A stretch of DNA of 64,000 nucleotides from Octopus vulgaris (GCA_951406725.2 OX597817.1:140120001-140184000), one strand, 5' to 3'; shown: positions 12,781 to 25,780, counted from the first letter of the stretch. Notes: generated by a model not told the origin, from the letters alone. A program made the numbers and translations.

Positions 12781-14180
12781 ACTAGATAAGACACAACACA
12801 CACAAATGAAAGAGAAAATAAAAAAAGAATATTATAGACGAGTTAGATCAATACTAAACACAGAGCTCAATGCTAAAAACAAGATAATAGGTATCAACAC
12901 TTTAGCTGTCCCAGTTATAAGTTACAGCTACAATATCCTTAACTGGACACTAAATGAACTGACCAAAATAGATAGGAAAACAAGAAAAATACTGACAGGA
13001 TCTAGGATGCATCACCCAAAATCTGACATAGAAAGACTATATATACAACGTATAGAAGGTGGTAGAGGCCTTATACAGCTGGAAAACTACTATAAAATAA
13101 CCACCATAGGACTGCAAAAATATCTACTTCAGAAGGAAGGAAAACTGATCCAGATAGCGGCAAAACACGAGCAAAACAAAAAACTGTTCTCAGTATTTAA
13201 GGAAGCTGACAAATACAAACAAGAAATCATACCACCTAATAAACACGAAGAAGAAGAAGAAGATGAAGAAACAACAAAAGCTATAAAACAAATGAAATCC
13301 AAACTAAAAATAGAACAGCAACGAACCATGATAAAACGATGGCAAGAAAAGCCCCTTCATGGTAAATACTGGACTAAACTAAACGCAAAAGAAATAGACA
13401 AAGAAAAATCCCAGCAATGGTTGAGAAGCTCAGGACTCAAAGCAGAGACAGAGAGATTTTTAATTGCAGCACAAGACCAAAGCCTCCCCACCAGAAATTA
13501 CCAAAAACATGTAATGAAAAGAAATATAACAAGTAACTGCAGAATATGTGGAGATGGACAAGAAACAATAAATCATATTATCTCTAGCTGCCCAGTCTTG
13601 GCTAAGAAGGAATATATTCACAGACATGACAGAGTTGGAACCTACATACATTGGAAGCTATGCCAACATTATGGAATAACAACAGAAAAAAGATGGTATA
13701 GGCACACACCAGAAAAGGTCACAGAAAACGAGAAAGCAACCATACTCTGGGATATGCCGATACACACAGATAGAGAAATTAAGGCCAACAGACCAGATAT
13801 AATTGTCAGAGATCATGAAGAAAAAAATGCTTTCTAATTGATGTATCAATACCGGCTGATGACAACGTGTCTCTAAAAGAAATGGAGAAACTCTCAAAAT
13901 ACAAAGACCTGGAAATAGAGGTAACTAGAATGTGGAATCTGAAAACAGAAACAATTCCTATCATAGTAGGTGCATTCAGACAAATACATAACAAAAACAC
14001 CAGGACTTACAAACACATATAACATACAGAAAATTGCACTACTAGGCACTGCACACATCCTACGCAGAACACTTTCCATACAATAACCATCAGAGCATCA
14101 CAACAAATCACAGCACATACCCAAGGCACACAGAGCTGTGCTCGGTAGTGAAGTGAAAGCACGCTATAAAAATAAAACTA

Positions 14181-14184
<4 letters not shown>
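12779..14184 (+). mobile_element. 5'-truncated R4/Dong non-LTR retrotransposon
   Basis: RT C-terminus (EGGRGL), CCHC (CRICGDGQETINHIISSC), RHD, RLE PD..D, short 3' UTR; (TAA)n on both sides. Confidence 0.92.
12806..14086 (+). pseudogene. R4/Dong ORF C-terminal part (thumb, zinc knuckle, RLE endonuclease)
   Basis: 343-aa ORF, frameshift in the A-run near 13825, then CFLIDVSIPADDNVSLKEMEKLSKYKDLEIE... and, after a second disruption, ...GTAHILRRTLSIQ*. Confidence 0.88.
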
Positions 14185-14272
<88 letters not shown>

Positions 14273-14279
14273 GCCAGTG

Positions 14280-15045
14280 ACTCAATGGAATCCATGAATG
14301 GTTAGGATGGTACAGTGAGAGAGGAACACAACAAAACAGACATCACTACCATAAACAAGCGGGATCCCAAAGAGAACAACAGCAGCAAATCAAAAGTCCG
14401 CCAGGAAAAAACAAGCTACAGAGGAAGATGAAGGCACGAAGAAGTAAGCAAACTTCGGGTGGCTGTAGGATGAGCGGAAAAACAAAATCAAAAAGAAGTA
14501 GAACGTGCAAAGACAATGGCTCTGGAATTACAAAAAAGTACAGTCTGCAAGTTCTATGCAAAGGGTATCTGCTGGCATGAAGACATTGGGACTGGCTGTA
14601 GATTTGCTCATCCTATGCGAGCGGTGTTCATTTGCTTGCTTTAAAACCAGAGAGAACTGTACCTGAGGAGACAAACAGCTCCACAAGAAAAATGAAAGCC
14701 TAGGTTCACAAAACACAATGCCTCCACCTTGGAAATATGTGAATGGTGCACGCACTGCTCCTGAGAGAAAAAAATATGTAGACGTGGTGAGGACAGCAGC
14801 TGCAGAACAACAGTTGGAGATGGTGCAGAGGGTTGTAAGGCAGTTGAGCTAGCTCCACCAGGTATTGAATTTGAGAAACGCGTACAACACTCAAGACCAC
14901 CTCAAACAACTAAAGATCGAGGGTGGCCACCTCTGACACCTCTACGTATGTCAAATCAGTGGCCAATACCGACACTCTATACGTCGCACCAGTATTCTTG
15001 CTGAACATCAAGGGCTTTGTAATATCCCATCAATGCAAAAGTCAA
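14280..15045 (+). mobile_element. Decayed ORF1/ORF2 junction of an APE-type LINE
   Basis: CCCH finger VCKFYAKGICWHEDIGTGCRFAHP (~14545-14615) and APE start-like VFLLNIKG (~14992-15015). Confidence 0.55.
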
Positions 15046-15415
15046 CATTAGTGTTACTTTAGTGTTACTTTAGTGTTACAGTAGTGTTAACATTAGTGTT
15101 GTTTTATAAACAAAAATATATTTTATATATATAAAATTTTATATATAAAAATAAAATATATAAACTGTAGACAAGACAAAAAGAAAAATAAGAAAAAATG
15201 AAAAAGTCCTTTTTATCAGGGGAAAGTAATATTGTTAGTATGAGGCCGGTAGAAGAAAATTACATTAAGTTTAAAGTAAGGGAAGGGTACTTTCGCTTAT
15301 GGATATATAACAATAAAGACAATCGTAGCAATATCTCATTCCCTAATTGAAGTGGGCAAATAACATGACTGCTCAAGAATTAAGATCTTCAGTGAGACAC
15401 CAGTTTATGTATGAA

Positions 15416-15521
15416 TGTACCTGATGTGACCCAGAGTGCAAGATTGAAGCAACATAGTACGATGCACAGCATCCCACCTACAGAGGACAGTTTCAGGATG
15501 GCTCGAAACGATCGTCGTACA
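15416..15521 (+). ncRNA. Degenerate long-stem-II hammerhead
   Basis: tgtac-CTGATGT...GAAA-cgatcg-TC-gtaca; A9 changed to U. Confidence 0.6.
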
Positions 15522-15571
15522 AATTAGAGCTATACTAATTCCATCTCATCTTTACTTAATCGATTATTATC

Positions 15572-15628
<57 letters not shown>

Positions 15629-15675
15629 TTATATATATTTATATATTTATATACATACATGCATACATACATATA

Positions 15676-15743
<68 letters not shown>

Positions 15744-15767
15744 TATATATTAAATATATAAAATATA

Positions 15768-15977
15768 TAAAAATGTGACCGCGTGTGTATCGTTGGCGAT
15801 TTTTTTCCTCCTTCTTCCCTTCCTTGGATCTTTCCTTTTCCTATATTTCTGACGAAGAGCTCCGCTCGAAACGTTAAATACTCCTTTTTTCTTTCCTTTC
15901 CTGGGCGTCCAATAACACTATACTTGTTCCATGTCCTCACGTTGTTGTGTTTTCTCTTTGTGTTTTCATGTTTCGAT

Positions 15978-15981
<4 letters not shown>
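15768..15981 (+). mobile_element. Short (TA)n-flanked hammerhead element, family A
   Basis: tattt-CTGACGA-a-gagc-tcc-gctc-GAAACGTT-aaata at 15844-15880; copies at 27557 and 35391. Confidence 0.85.
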
Positions 15982-16028
<47 letters not shown>

Positions 16029-16294
16029 TTAATCATATCAAAGGGAAATGGAAATTAATTAAAATTTCCATTTCCAGTGGCCTAACGTGTAAAATTTTAG
16101 TCCAAAGACAATGTATTAGTCATAAAATACAGTGTATATTTAAACACATGAGGAATCCACTTGTGGGATTCAAACGGTAAAATGTTTTTATTTTTTTATT
16201 TCGTTCCCGTCGAATTTTATCCCAAATTTTGTTGGTATGGAACATAGCTATTCTTTCTAGCGTGTTGAATCCTCATGTGTTTAAATGTACACCG

Positions 16295-16369
<75 letters not shown>

Positions 16370-16373
16370 TATA

Positions 16374-16535
16374 TAGTTGAAATTTACAGAAAAACAAAAG
16401 ACGAAGACAGGTGTATAAGCAATAAGCAGGAGTATTAGTTTGATGCTCGGGAAGGTGAGGAAGTCTTTAACGTTTCGCGTCTACTCTCTTCAACAGAAAG
16501 GAACACGAGGAAATAAACATAACAGAAAGATATAT
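16374..16535 (-). mobile_element. Family B hammerhead element with damaged stem II
   Basis: cttt-CTGTTGA-agagagtagacgc-GAAACGTT-aaag at 16465-16500. Confidence 0.7.
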
Positions 16536-16736
16536 ATGTATGTATAAATTGCAGTTTTGCAATTTGTTGCATGGCGTCGCCATTGGGACTGGTGGTACGA
16601 AAAAGAACCCCAACCAGTATGGCAGTAAAGAGGCGGGCTTTAGGAAGGACATCATATAACAGTAATGCCAAGTATACAGCTGACTCGTCGGATACTGTCA
16701 AATCGTCTAAGACATGCCAGAAGAAAAGCGTTAAAA

Positions 16737-16800
16737 ACGATGATGATGATGACGATGATGATGACGATGATGATGAGGATGATGACGATGAGGGTGAGGA

Positions 16801-16831
<31 letters not shown>

Positions 16832-16832
16832 T

Positions 16833-16891
<59 letters not shown>

Positions 16892-16915
16892 GATGATGAT
16901 GATGACGATGATGAC

Positions 16916-16948
<33 letters not shown>

Positions 16949-17157
16949 GATAATGATGATGACCATGATGATGATGATGATGATGATGACGACAATGATA
17001 ATAGCGATGATGATGAAGATAATGATGATGATGATGACAATGACAATGATGATGATGATGATGATTATGATGATGATGATGACGATGATGATGATGATGG
17101 CGATGATGATGATGATGATGGCGATGATGATGATGATGATGATGAAGATGATAATGA

Positions 17158-17188
<31 letters not shown>

Positions 17189-17276
17189 TATGATGATGAT
17201 GATGATGAAGATGATAATGACGGTGATGATGACGATGATGATGACGATGATGTTGATGATGATAATGATGATGATA
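16737..17276. repeat. Imperfect (GAT)n microsatellite, ~540 bp
   Basis: Directly visible. Confidence 0.95.
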
Positions 17277-17944
17277 TATGAGATACTGAAATAGTCGAAA
17301 GTACAATTTCGCACAGTGGTTGATCATCTTAGTTTCAGCAGGGAATTATTGGAGTGTAAGAATTAAGAAAATCTGAGTTTATTTATAAGTTGGCACAGAA
17401 TGTGTGCGTGTGTGCATATATGTGTGTTTAGGTGTGTTTATGAGTGTGAGGGTGTGTGTGAATGAGTGAATGTGTGTGTTGTGTGTTTGTGTGTGTGTGT
17501 GTGTGTGTTGTGTTGTGTGTGTAAGAGTTGTGTTCATATGGGGCGAGGAATGGAGTCGGAATTGGCATTATAATTGAGAAATAAAATATTGCTTGAAATA
17601 GAATGGTTTGCAGGTGCTTATCTTTTGAAAAACAAATACTTTAGATATATTTTAAGAATAGTTCCCTACTTGGAATCATAACTCCAGAAATAAACGCATA
17701 CGTACATGCATACATACATAGATACACACATACATATATACATACATGTATGTATGTATATTTATATATATACACACACTCACACACTAATTTGAAGTCA
17801 AACGAAAATATGTATTTATGAACATATATATATATATGTTCATACATACATATATGCATGTACATTGAGTACATTGTCTATTCTGTTTGCAAAAATGGGT
17901 GTTGGTAAAGAGAAATCACGAGAAAACAACGTGAAGATGATAGT

Positions 17945-18356
17945 TTTTTACTCTTTTTTACTTGTTTCAGTCATTTGACTGCGGCCATGCTGGAGCACCG
18001 CCTTTAATCGAGCAAATCGACCCCGGGACTTATTCTTTGTAAGCCCAGTACTTATTCTATCGGTCTTTTTTGCCGAACCGCTAAGTGACGGGGACATAAA
18101 CACACTAGCATCGGTTGTCAAGCAATGCTAGGAGGACAAACACAGACACACAAACATATACACACACGCACACGCACATATACATATATACGACGGGCTT
18201 CTTTCAGTTTCCGTCTACCAAATCCACTCACAAGGCTCTTTTGGTCGGCCCGAGGCTATAGTAGAAGACACTTGCCCAAGGTGCCATGCAGTGGGACTGA
18301 ACCCGGAACCATGTGGTTGGTTAGCAAGCTACTTACCACACAGCCACTCCTGTGCC
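17945..18356 (-). mobile_element. SINE family 2, full length
   Basis: Head with A/B-box-like TGGCTGTGTGG and GGTTCAGTCCC; near-identical to 19586-19995. Confidence 0.9.
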
Positions 18357-18389
18357 TATATATATATATAATGTATGTATGTATATATA

Positions 18390-18880
18390 CAGACATGCAG
18401 GAAGTAAATAGACACCTTTAATTTTCAAAATCTTTTATTTAATACGCAAAGCTAACAATTGAAATGTAATCGATAGGTAGGACTACATACTTTAGTATTT
18501 AGTTGACATTCCTTTTGCAGTTTTTAATTCAGAAACTCTTTTTGGCATTGAACTGATGCGCTTTAGGGTTGTCTCTTGTGGAATTTCTGCCCACTTTTCA
18601 TGCAACAATCGAAACAATTCATCTTTAGTTTCAGGTTTCTGTCGAGTTTTTCGTATAGCTCTATCTAGTATGCTCCAAAGATTTTCAACTGGGTTCATGT
18701 CAGGAGATTGGCTCCGCCAAGGAAGCTTTTTGATCCCATTTTTAGTCAGCTATTGCTGACTCTTTTTCTCTGTGTGGCATGGAGCCCCATCTTCCATGAA
18801 TTAAAACTCATTTTTCGTTATGTTATCACGTGAATACATCGGAAGTAGACCTTGCTTAAGTATTTCGTTGTATTTTTCAT
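18390..18880 (-). mobile_element. Tc1-like transposon, 3' part
   Basis: FMEDGAPCH...WRSQSPDMNPVENLW...SMPKRVSELKTAKGMSTKY*, DD34E-type spacing; terminus abuts TA. Confidence 0.9.
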
Positions 18881-19171
18881 GGAGAATTTGAACATTCAAA
18901 CTTTATGTGCTGATTTCCAGTTAGTTTATTCTGACACGTGTTTCGATCACTCTAACTGCACATTGTTGCATATTTATATGCAGCGATTTATGCATTATTA
19001 GTACGATCTCTTCACACCATATATAAGTATGACATTGTTCGAAGAGGAATTTTCGTCCGCTATTAGTTTGAATTAGGTTTGGTAATAGTAATAGTAATAG
19101 TAAACCATAACATTCATCGATGAGCTCTTTTTCTCAACTGATTGTTTGGGTAAAATTCAGCAGCAGCAAGT

Positions 19172-19530
19172 GGGGGCACAGTGGCCCAATGGTTAGGGCA
19201 GTGGACTCGCGGTCGGAGGATCGCGGTTTCGATTCCCAGACCAGGCGTTGTGTGTGTTTATTGTGCGAAAACACCTAAAACTCCACGAGTCTCCGGCAGG
19301 GGGGGGCGACCCCTGTTGTACTCTTTCGCTCCAACTTTCTCTCACTCTTTCTTCCTGTTTCTTGTCCCCGACTTCCTACGCAACCGCTGAGCCTGGATGC
19401 GCATTCATCCATCCGTCGATGCTCTCGGTGTCGGATTTTACGAATAGCAAAGGACCACGTTTCGGACTTCTCCCATCTTGCGAGCTCTGGGACGAAGGCC
19501 GTTCGCTCAACAGCAACAGCAGCAGCAGCA
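19172..19530 (+). mobile_element. SINE family 3, full length
   Basis: tRNA-like head GGGGGCACAGTGGCCCAATGGTTAGG...TTCGATTCCC; flanked by (CAG)n. Confidence 0.85.
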
Positions 19531-19585
19531 GTGCTTGATAAAGTTGGCAGATGTTCTTGGCTAGTTTGAAAGCGATTATTTATAA

Positions 19586-19995
19586 TCTCTTTTACTCTCT
19601 TTTACTTGTTTCAGTCATTTGACTGCCGCCATGCTGGAGCACCGCCTTTAGTCGAGCAAATCGACCCGGGACTTATTCTTTGTAAGCCCAGTACTTATTC
19701 TATCGGTCTCTTTTGCCGAACCGCTAAGTGACGGGGACATAAACACACTAGCATCGGTTGTCAAGCAATGCTAGGAGGACAAACACAGACACACAAACAT
19801 ATACACACACATTTATATATATATATACATATATACGACAGGCTTCTTTCAGTTTCCGTCTACCAAATCCACTCACAAGGCATTGGTCGGCCCGGGGCTA
19901 TAGCAGAAGACACTTGCCCAAGATGCTACGCAGTGGGACTGAACCCGGAACCATGTGGCTGATTAGTAGGCTACTTACCACACAGCCACTCCTGC
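19586..19995 (-). mobile_element. SINE family 2, full length
   Basis: Near-identical to 17945-18356. Confidence 0.9.
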
Positions 19996-20230
19996 TCTGT
20001 GGTAAGTAGAATATTTTTTTATTGATTCTACAAAAGAATATAGAATATTTTTTTTTATTGATTCTACATACATTATGGTCAACTGTCTTTTTGATGGGTT
20101 TCAGAGTTGATAATATTATTTGAATCTGTGTGAAGATTATCAATAATAGTAGTGCATAATTTCTAGGCAGTAAGAACCACATGATTATTGAAAGAAGTAG
20201 TTAGTTGTATCTTAAATTCTCCTAACTTGC

Positions 20231-20293
<63 letters not shown>

Positions 20294-20340
20294 GATTATT
20301 ATTATTATTATTATTATTATTATAATAAAATATTTTAGGT

Positions 20341-20425
<85 letters not shown>

Positions 20426-20752
20426 CTGTGTGTGTGCATGTATATATAGATTGATGGATAGATATGTAAAGGTAAGGTCCAAGGATCAAGATGTAGGAAG
20501 TGAGTGAGCTTCAAGCAATCCGTAGAAAATATGAAAAAAAAAACAACCTTCAGAAACAATGGTGATTTATTGGCGCAGAGGGTTGTGAATTTCCCCCACA
20601 TCGAATTATGATAAGCTGAAAAAAGTTAATTTTATACTTTACGGTTAGCAACAGGGGTTGTTGTATATGCGAGTCAACATTCAAAAATTAAGGAACGGAG
20701 CAGATAAAATCCATACGTTTCATAGCTAACGGAACCTCGAAAGTAGTAAATT

Positions 20753-21812
20753 ATGCAGAGAAATTATCCTAAAGAATATTACAGTAAAATAAAGAAACTT
20801 TGGACCACAGAACTCTCTGCATTCAATAAAACAGTGGCCCACAATGTGTTTGCAGTGCCAGGGCTGTTTGATTGGACGCTTGATGAGATCCGATGTGCCA
20901 TTGATGTGAAAATCCGGAAGATACTAACAAGTACACATAATTTCCACATAAACAGCGACGTATACCGCCTCCGCCTAATAGGAAAACAAGGTGGTAGAGG
21001 CTTAACATCAATTCAAAAATGCTTTTGAATGTCGCATCCCTTCGGATCTTTTATCCACCAAGTGTCAAAGTGCATCCCTTAACCAAGTCTGCATACATGA
21101 GACCGATAACATCATAAGACTTCGAAGGTAGCTGCTTCAGCAACACTCCTTGTCTGATAACCTTTAATACACGCCCAAAGAAGTCGCATGACTCTATCGC
21201 AACGTATCGTCAGATGAAAGAATGAGCCTATACGAGCAGAAGACTATACATGGATATGTTAGTAGAAAGCTCCGTGATGATAGTAATATCAATTATCAAA
21301 GCAGTTTATCATGGACCAATAACCGGATTACTACCTCCCACTTTGAAGGGTATGCGTTTGCAATCCAGGAACAGGTAATATCTTTCGCTTCAACTTACTC
21401 TCACTCTTTCTTCCTGTTTCTTGTCCCCGACTTGTCAACCGCTGAGCCTGGATGCACATTCATGCATCCGTCGCTCAAAAGGGATAGAGATGCGGGAAAA
21501 GCTGTAAAACGCGAAAATCGATGCAGTCTTTGTGGAGTTCACCGTAGATATCAGCCACATCATAAGCAGTTGTCCGAAAATGTCATCACGGTATTATCTA
21601 CTGATGAGTCATGATGTTGTAGCTAGGATACTCTATAATGGAATTCGTCGGAAGGCCAACCCCGAGGACAAAGAAATAAGAACCCACAATATGGTAGAAG
21701 CCATAGCCACTCATAATAAAAAAGAATACTGGTGGAATGTCCCAGTAAAGACCTCAATAAAATGTAAGCACAACAAACCTGATATAATGATTTGGGTTAG
21801 AGAGGAGAAACT
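20753..21812 (+). mobile_element. Decayed R4/Dong LINE (second family) with a SINE family 3 fragment at ~21378-21472
   Basis: KEYYSKIKKLWTTELSAFNK...GGRGL...HG...FAIQEQ...HIISSCP...HDVVAR...HNKPDIMIW. Confidence 0.85.
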
Positions 21813-22309
21813 GATTTGTTTAATCTTCGCCAGAGGGAGTATCTGTTTACTAATTGCATGTACAACCTCAGTGGATCGAACTTAATATAGTGAAAGCCCA
21901 ACCATGTTTTATGATGAAAATACCTCTGGGGTATCTTTTTTCTCCATTCTTGCTGTTGTTGCTAATTATCTGATCGATTCTGTTTGATCAATCCCCTGGC
22001 CATTAGGAAACTGATGTCGCTGAAGTGGTATTAGTTCTCGTTAACAACGCTGTAGGTTCCATGATTGAACTTGCATTTATTGTCTCTATAAGAATTGAAC
22101 AAATCTTAACGCGTTTTATCTGGGTCTTATTTACAGTTAGTTAGTTAGTTAGTTAGTAGTAGTAGTAGTAGTAGATGATGATAGTAATGATGATATTTAA
22201 TCATGTCAGTCGTGACTGATAAAACTTTAGATCACAGCCGTTTCAGCCGTGATCATCCTGTCTTTTTGTAATGTTAGAACTGCGTTATACAACGACTGGC
22301 AGGTTTTTA

Positions 22310-22469
22310 AAGTCACCCTGTGATTATGTAAGCCAATGTATGCTTATTTAAGTTACTGCATGTTCGTTTAAGCCCCTAGCTGACTATTTAGGCTTCACTA
22401 TGGTTACTTAAGTCGCTCTGTAGCTATGAAGGTATCGTTGTAGTTATTTAGGAACTCCTATGCTTATTT
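22310..22469. repeat. Diverged 20-bp minisatellite, 8 units
   Basis: Units begin A[AG]G every 20 nt with no indels. Confidence 0.75.
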
Positions 22470-22644
22470 TCGGTCAATAAGGGAACGAAGTTTTGTGACT
22501 TAAAAACTGTGAGCAACTTCGCCATTTCCATTGAATCTGGAAGCCACCGGGGTAACTTCAACATTGTCATTCGACTTATCACGAAAAATATTTAAATGTT
22601 CTCCTCAAATTACACTCCATCGTTTTATAAATAGAAATTTATAT

Positions 22645-23549
22645 ACCCGTATTTGCCTGCGTATGCGATGCACCCGGGTATAAGATGCACCCCTACTTTC
22701 CAAGAGTTTTGTAGAAAAAATAAATTTGGTATGTTTGTACGTTTCATTATACACTCATTGAAAGATGTTTTAAAGTGGTCTTTGTAAGAGGGAAAAGTAG
22801 ATTCTGTGCATGTAAATATATTGTGATATTAAACAAGAATGAAATATGAAGCCATCAATACGAGGAGCAACTATCAATTTTTATTTGCTTTCAGATCATC
22901 TTTAGTTGTTAATATTTCGGTTAAGAGAATTGCCAGATAGGAGGCAAGAATTGTATTTCTGGTTGTGATGTTCTGTGAGACAGTTATTGGCCATTATGTT
23001 TTGCTTCTCATCCACTTGCTGCCAATAGCTGAGAGACGGATGAAAACTTACCATTCATACCATCTTTCTAGAATTCTTTAATTAGACAATTAAAAAATGT
23101 TTCTAAAAGGCAACAGAGTTACATGATAATGTAAGACACAAGGCGGCGAGCTGGCAGAAACGTTAGCACACCGGGCGAAATGCATTGTGATACTTCGTCC
23201 GACGCTGCATTCTGAGTTCAAATTCCGCCGAGGTCGACTTTGCCTTTCATCCTTCCGGGGTCGATAAATTAAGTACCAGTTACGCACTGGTGTCGATGTA
23301 ATCGACTTAATCCGTTTGTCTGTCCTTGTTTGTCCTCTCTGTGTTTAGCCCCTTGTGGGTAGTAAAGAAATAGATAATGTAAGACACATATCAGGTGTTG
23401 GTAATATATCCTGGGGGAGGAGATGATCATGCAGTTTCTTACGCTACCACAACCCCTCTGTAATAACACAACCGCATTACAAGTCGGGCAATTTTGGGAT
23501 AATTAAAGAATTAAAGAAAAACGCGTTTTATACGCCGGTAAATACAGTA
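22645..23549. mobile_element. pogo/Tigger-like non-autonomous element interrupted by a SINE
   Basis: Imperfect TIRs TACCCGTATTTGCCTGCGTATGCGATGC / GCGTTTTATACGCCGGTAAATACAGTA. Confidence 0.6.
23141..23372 (+). mobile_element. SINE family 1 with 16-bp TSD
   Basis: GATAATGTAAGACACA at 23125-23140 and 23373-23388. Confidence 0.95.
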
Positions 23550-23935
23550 TACACAAATACCCCCCCCCACACACACAGACACATTTAAAAGCGATAGGAG
23601 GCTATATAGAAAAGACCCAGTATTAAGCAGACATGGTTAACTACATCAAACAATTAGATACCACTAAATTTAAATTGAATTAACATCCACGGTAACTCCT
23701 CGTGTATGATCAGTAAATCCGTATGTGTATGCATATGTAGGTGTAAATGACAATATGTGTGTGTGTGTGTGTGTGCGTGTGTGCATATGCGTGTATGTAT
23801 GTGTATGCATGTACATATGTGTGTGTGCGTGTGTGCGTGTGTGTATATAAGACGAGATAATGTAACCCTGGCTATACGCTGTCTAAATAAAAAGACAGTA
23901 TGGCAACGCCGGGTATCCGAAGTCATAGAATTTAC

Positions 23936-24052
23936 TCAATCAGGGTTCAACAGAATCGAAAACATCATGATGTCGGTAGAAGTTCCATTGACCATTTCTT
24001 TAAAGTCTGCAGGGAATATTTTCTTTATCTCAGTGTATACTTTGTCTTTCAC
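23936..24052 (-). CDS. Candidate last coding exon of an unidentified gene
   Basis: Acceptor attttcAG; only frame 0 is long: VKDKVYTEIKKIFPADFKEMVNGTSTDIMMFSILLNPD*. Confidence 0.4.
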   Translation of the reverse strand: MKDKVYTEIKKIFPADFKEMVNGTSTDIMMFSILLNPD

Positions 24053-25002
24053 CTGAAAATTTCATTATACTTCTAGAAGCTTCCATTCTATTAATCATGC
24101 CAATATTCAGTACAGTTTATAAGGAAAATCGATGGAAAGGCCATTGAGGTGAAACTCTTACCACAATTTTGAGATAGAGACTCCATCAATGTGTCTGTTA
24201 CTTCTTGGGACTCGTTTGCGTGTTAACCAATGTTGAGAATAAATATATTCTATTCTATAACATGTACACACACACACATACAACATACACATATGCGCGC
24301 GCACGCACACGAACACGAACACACACATGCACACACATATATACATATTCATAAACATGTGAAGGCATATATGCTTATGAACATTAAATGTTGTATATAT
24401 ATATATATATATATATACATACACATATATATACACACACAAATTATATGCACAAATGTATATATACAAACAAACTCACACACACACACACATGTAAGCA
24501 TATATACGCAAATATAATCCTACATTCTGTCATCAGAAGAGCGCACACTACACGTGTGCACTCCAGGCGAAACAGCCGGGAGTAGACGTGGCTTACAGGC
24601 GCAAAAAATTGTATACGTTAGTGGAGAGGGTGGTGTCATTTGCCCATGCATCATCAGTCGGATATATTTTGGACACACCTTGTATTCGAACGGTGTTTTC
24701 GGACGATAACAGTCCCTGTCAGCAGATATCTATACAATAATGTGCTTTGACTACTGCATTAAAGCATTTTAGCTATTATTTTTTAGCAATGTAAGTGTTT
24801 CTAACACCCTAGTCACATTTAATGACAATTACAGTTTTCCATTTTAGTGAAACATTGCGAACTGCTGTCCATATTAATTATACATACATACATACATACA
24901 TACATACATACATACATACATACATACATACATACATACATACATACATACATACATACATACGTACATACGTACATATATACATACATACACACATACA
25001 TA

Positions 25003-25045
<43 letters not shown>

Positions 25046-25379
25046 ACACACACACACATATATATATATATGTCTTTTATCTTCTAATTATTTCAGCAAT
25101 TGGACTACACCGGGCTGGAGTCGTAAAGAATTTTTAGTCGAACAAATCAACCCCAGTACTTTTCAAGCCTAGTACTTAGTCTATCGTTATCTTTTGACGA
25201 ACTGCCAAGTTACATGGTCATGGACAAGCCAATAATAATATGCAAGAGTTAAAGAATTGAGTAGATAAAATCCGGGCTACACATGTTTCAGAGCGAGCGG
25301 AACCTCAGAAGTGGTAAATATCCAAGCGAGGTGTATACTGCAGGCTACTTTTTAGGCCAAGGGTATCTTGATTAAATGA

Positions 25380-25780
25380 AAGTTTACATTGTCACAAGGA
25401 GGTACATGCTAACACATGGAAGATTCAATCAGAATATCATTATATCGGATGTACACAAAACTGGGTCAAATCAAGAATTTCGAATCTCTAATCGACTTTT
25501 AGGGATCAAAGCAAAATAAACAGTATTGGACTCTCAAAAAAAAAAAAAAAAATTTGGCTCCTCAAAAAAAGAAAAACAAAAAAAAAACAATTTTGATTTC
25601 ACAATTACTTGGAAAATTCTATCATTTGCATCTTCTTTCAAAATTAACAGTAAATTCTGTAGATTATGCCTTGAAGAAAACAATAAAATAATGAAGATGA
25701 AAGGAAACCTCGTAAATATAAGGGATAAAAAAGTGTTTCATGTAAACGCATGACGAAATTCCTTTACACTAATCTAAAAT
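25380..25780 (+). mobile_element. Penelope-like GIY-YIG C-terminal relic
   Basis: YHYIGCTQNWVKSRISN...ITWKILSFASSFKINSKFCRLCLEE. Confidence 0.7.

Noticed and set aside
18928-19020. Functional hammerhead on the minus strand
   Set aside because: Stems II (gatc/gatc) and III (acacgtgt) are present, but C3 is changed to G and stem I does not pair; relic only
19172-19245. tRNA gene
   Set aside because: It is a SINE head; the body and tail recur at 8740 and 21378
22310-22469. CRISPR-like alternation of conserved and variable sequence
   Set aside because: Units are far too short and degenerate, the context is eukaryotic, and there are no cas genes
20700-25325. Two related motifs (~20702-20752 and ~25263-25322) with GAAAC...T on the minus strand
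   Set aside because: No convincing stem II or complete core; the same applies to GAAACGATCGTT at ~5430-5450
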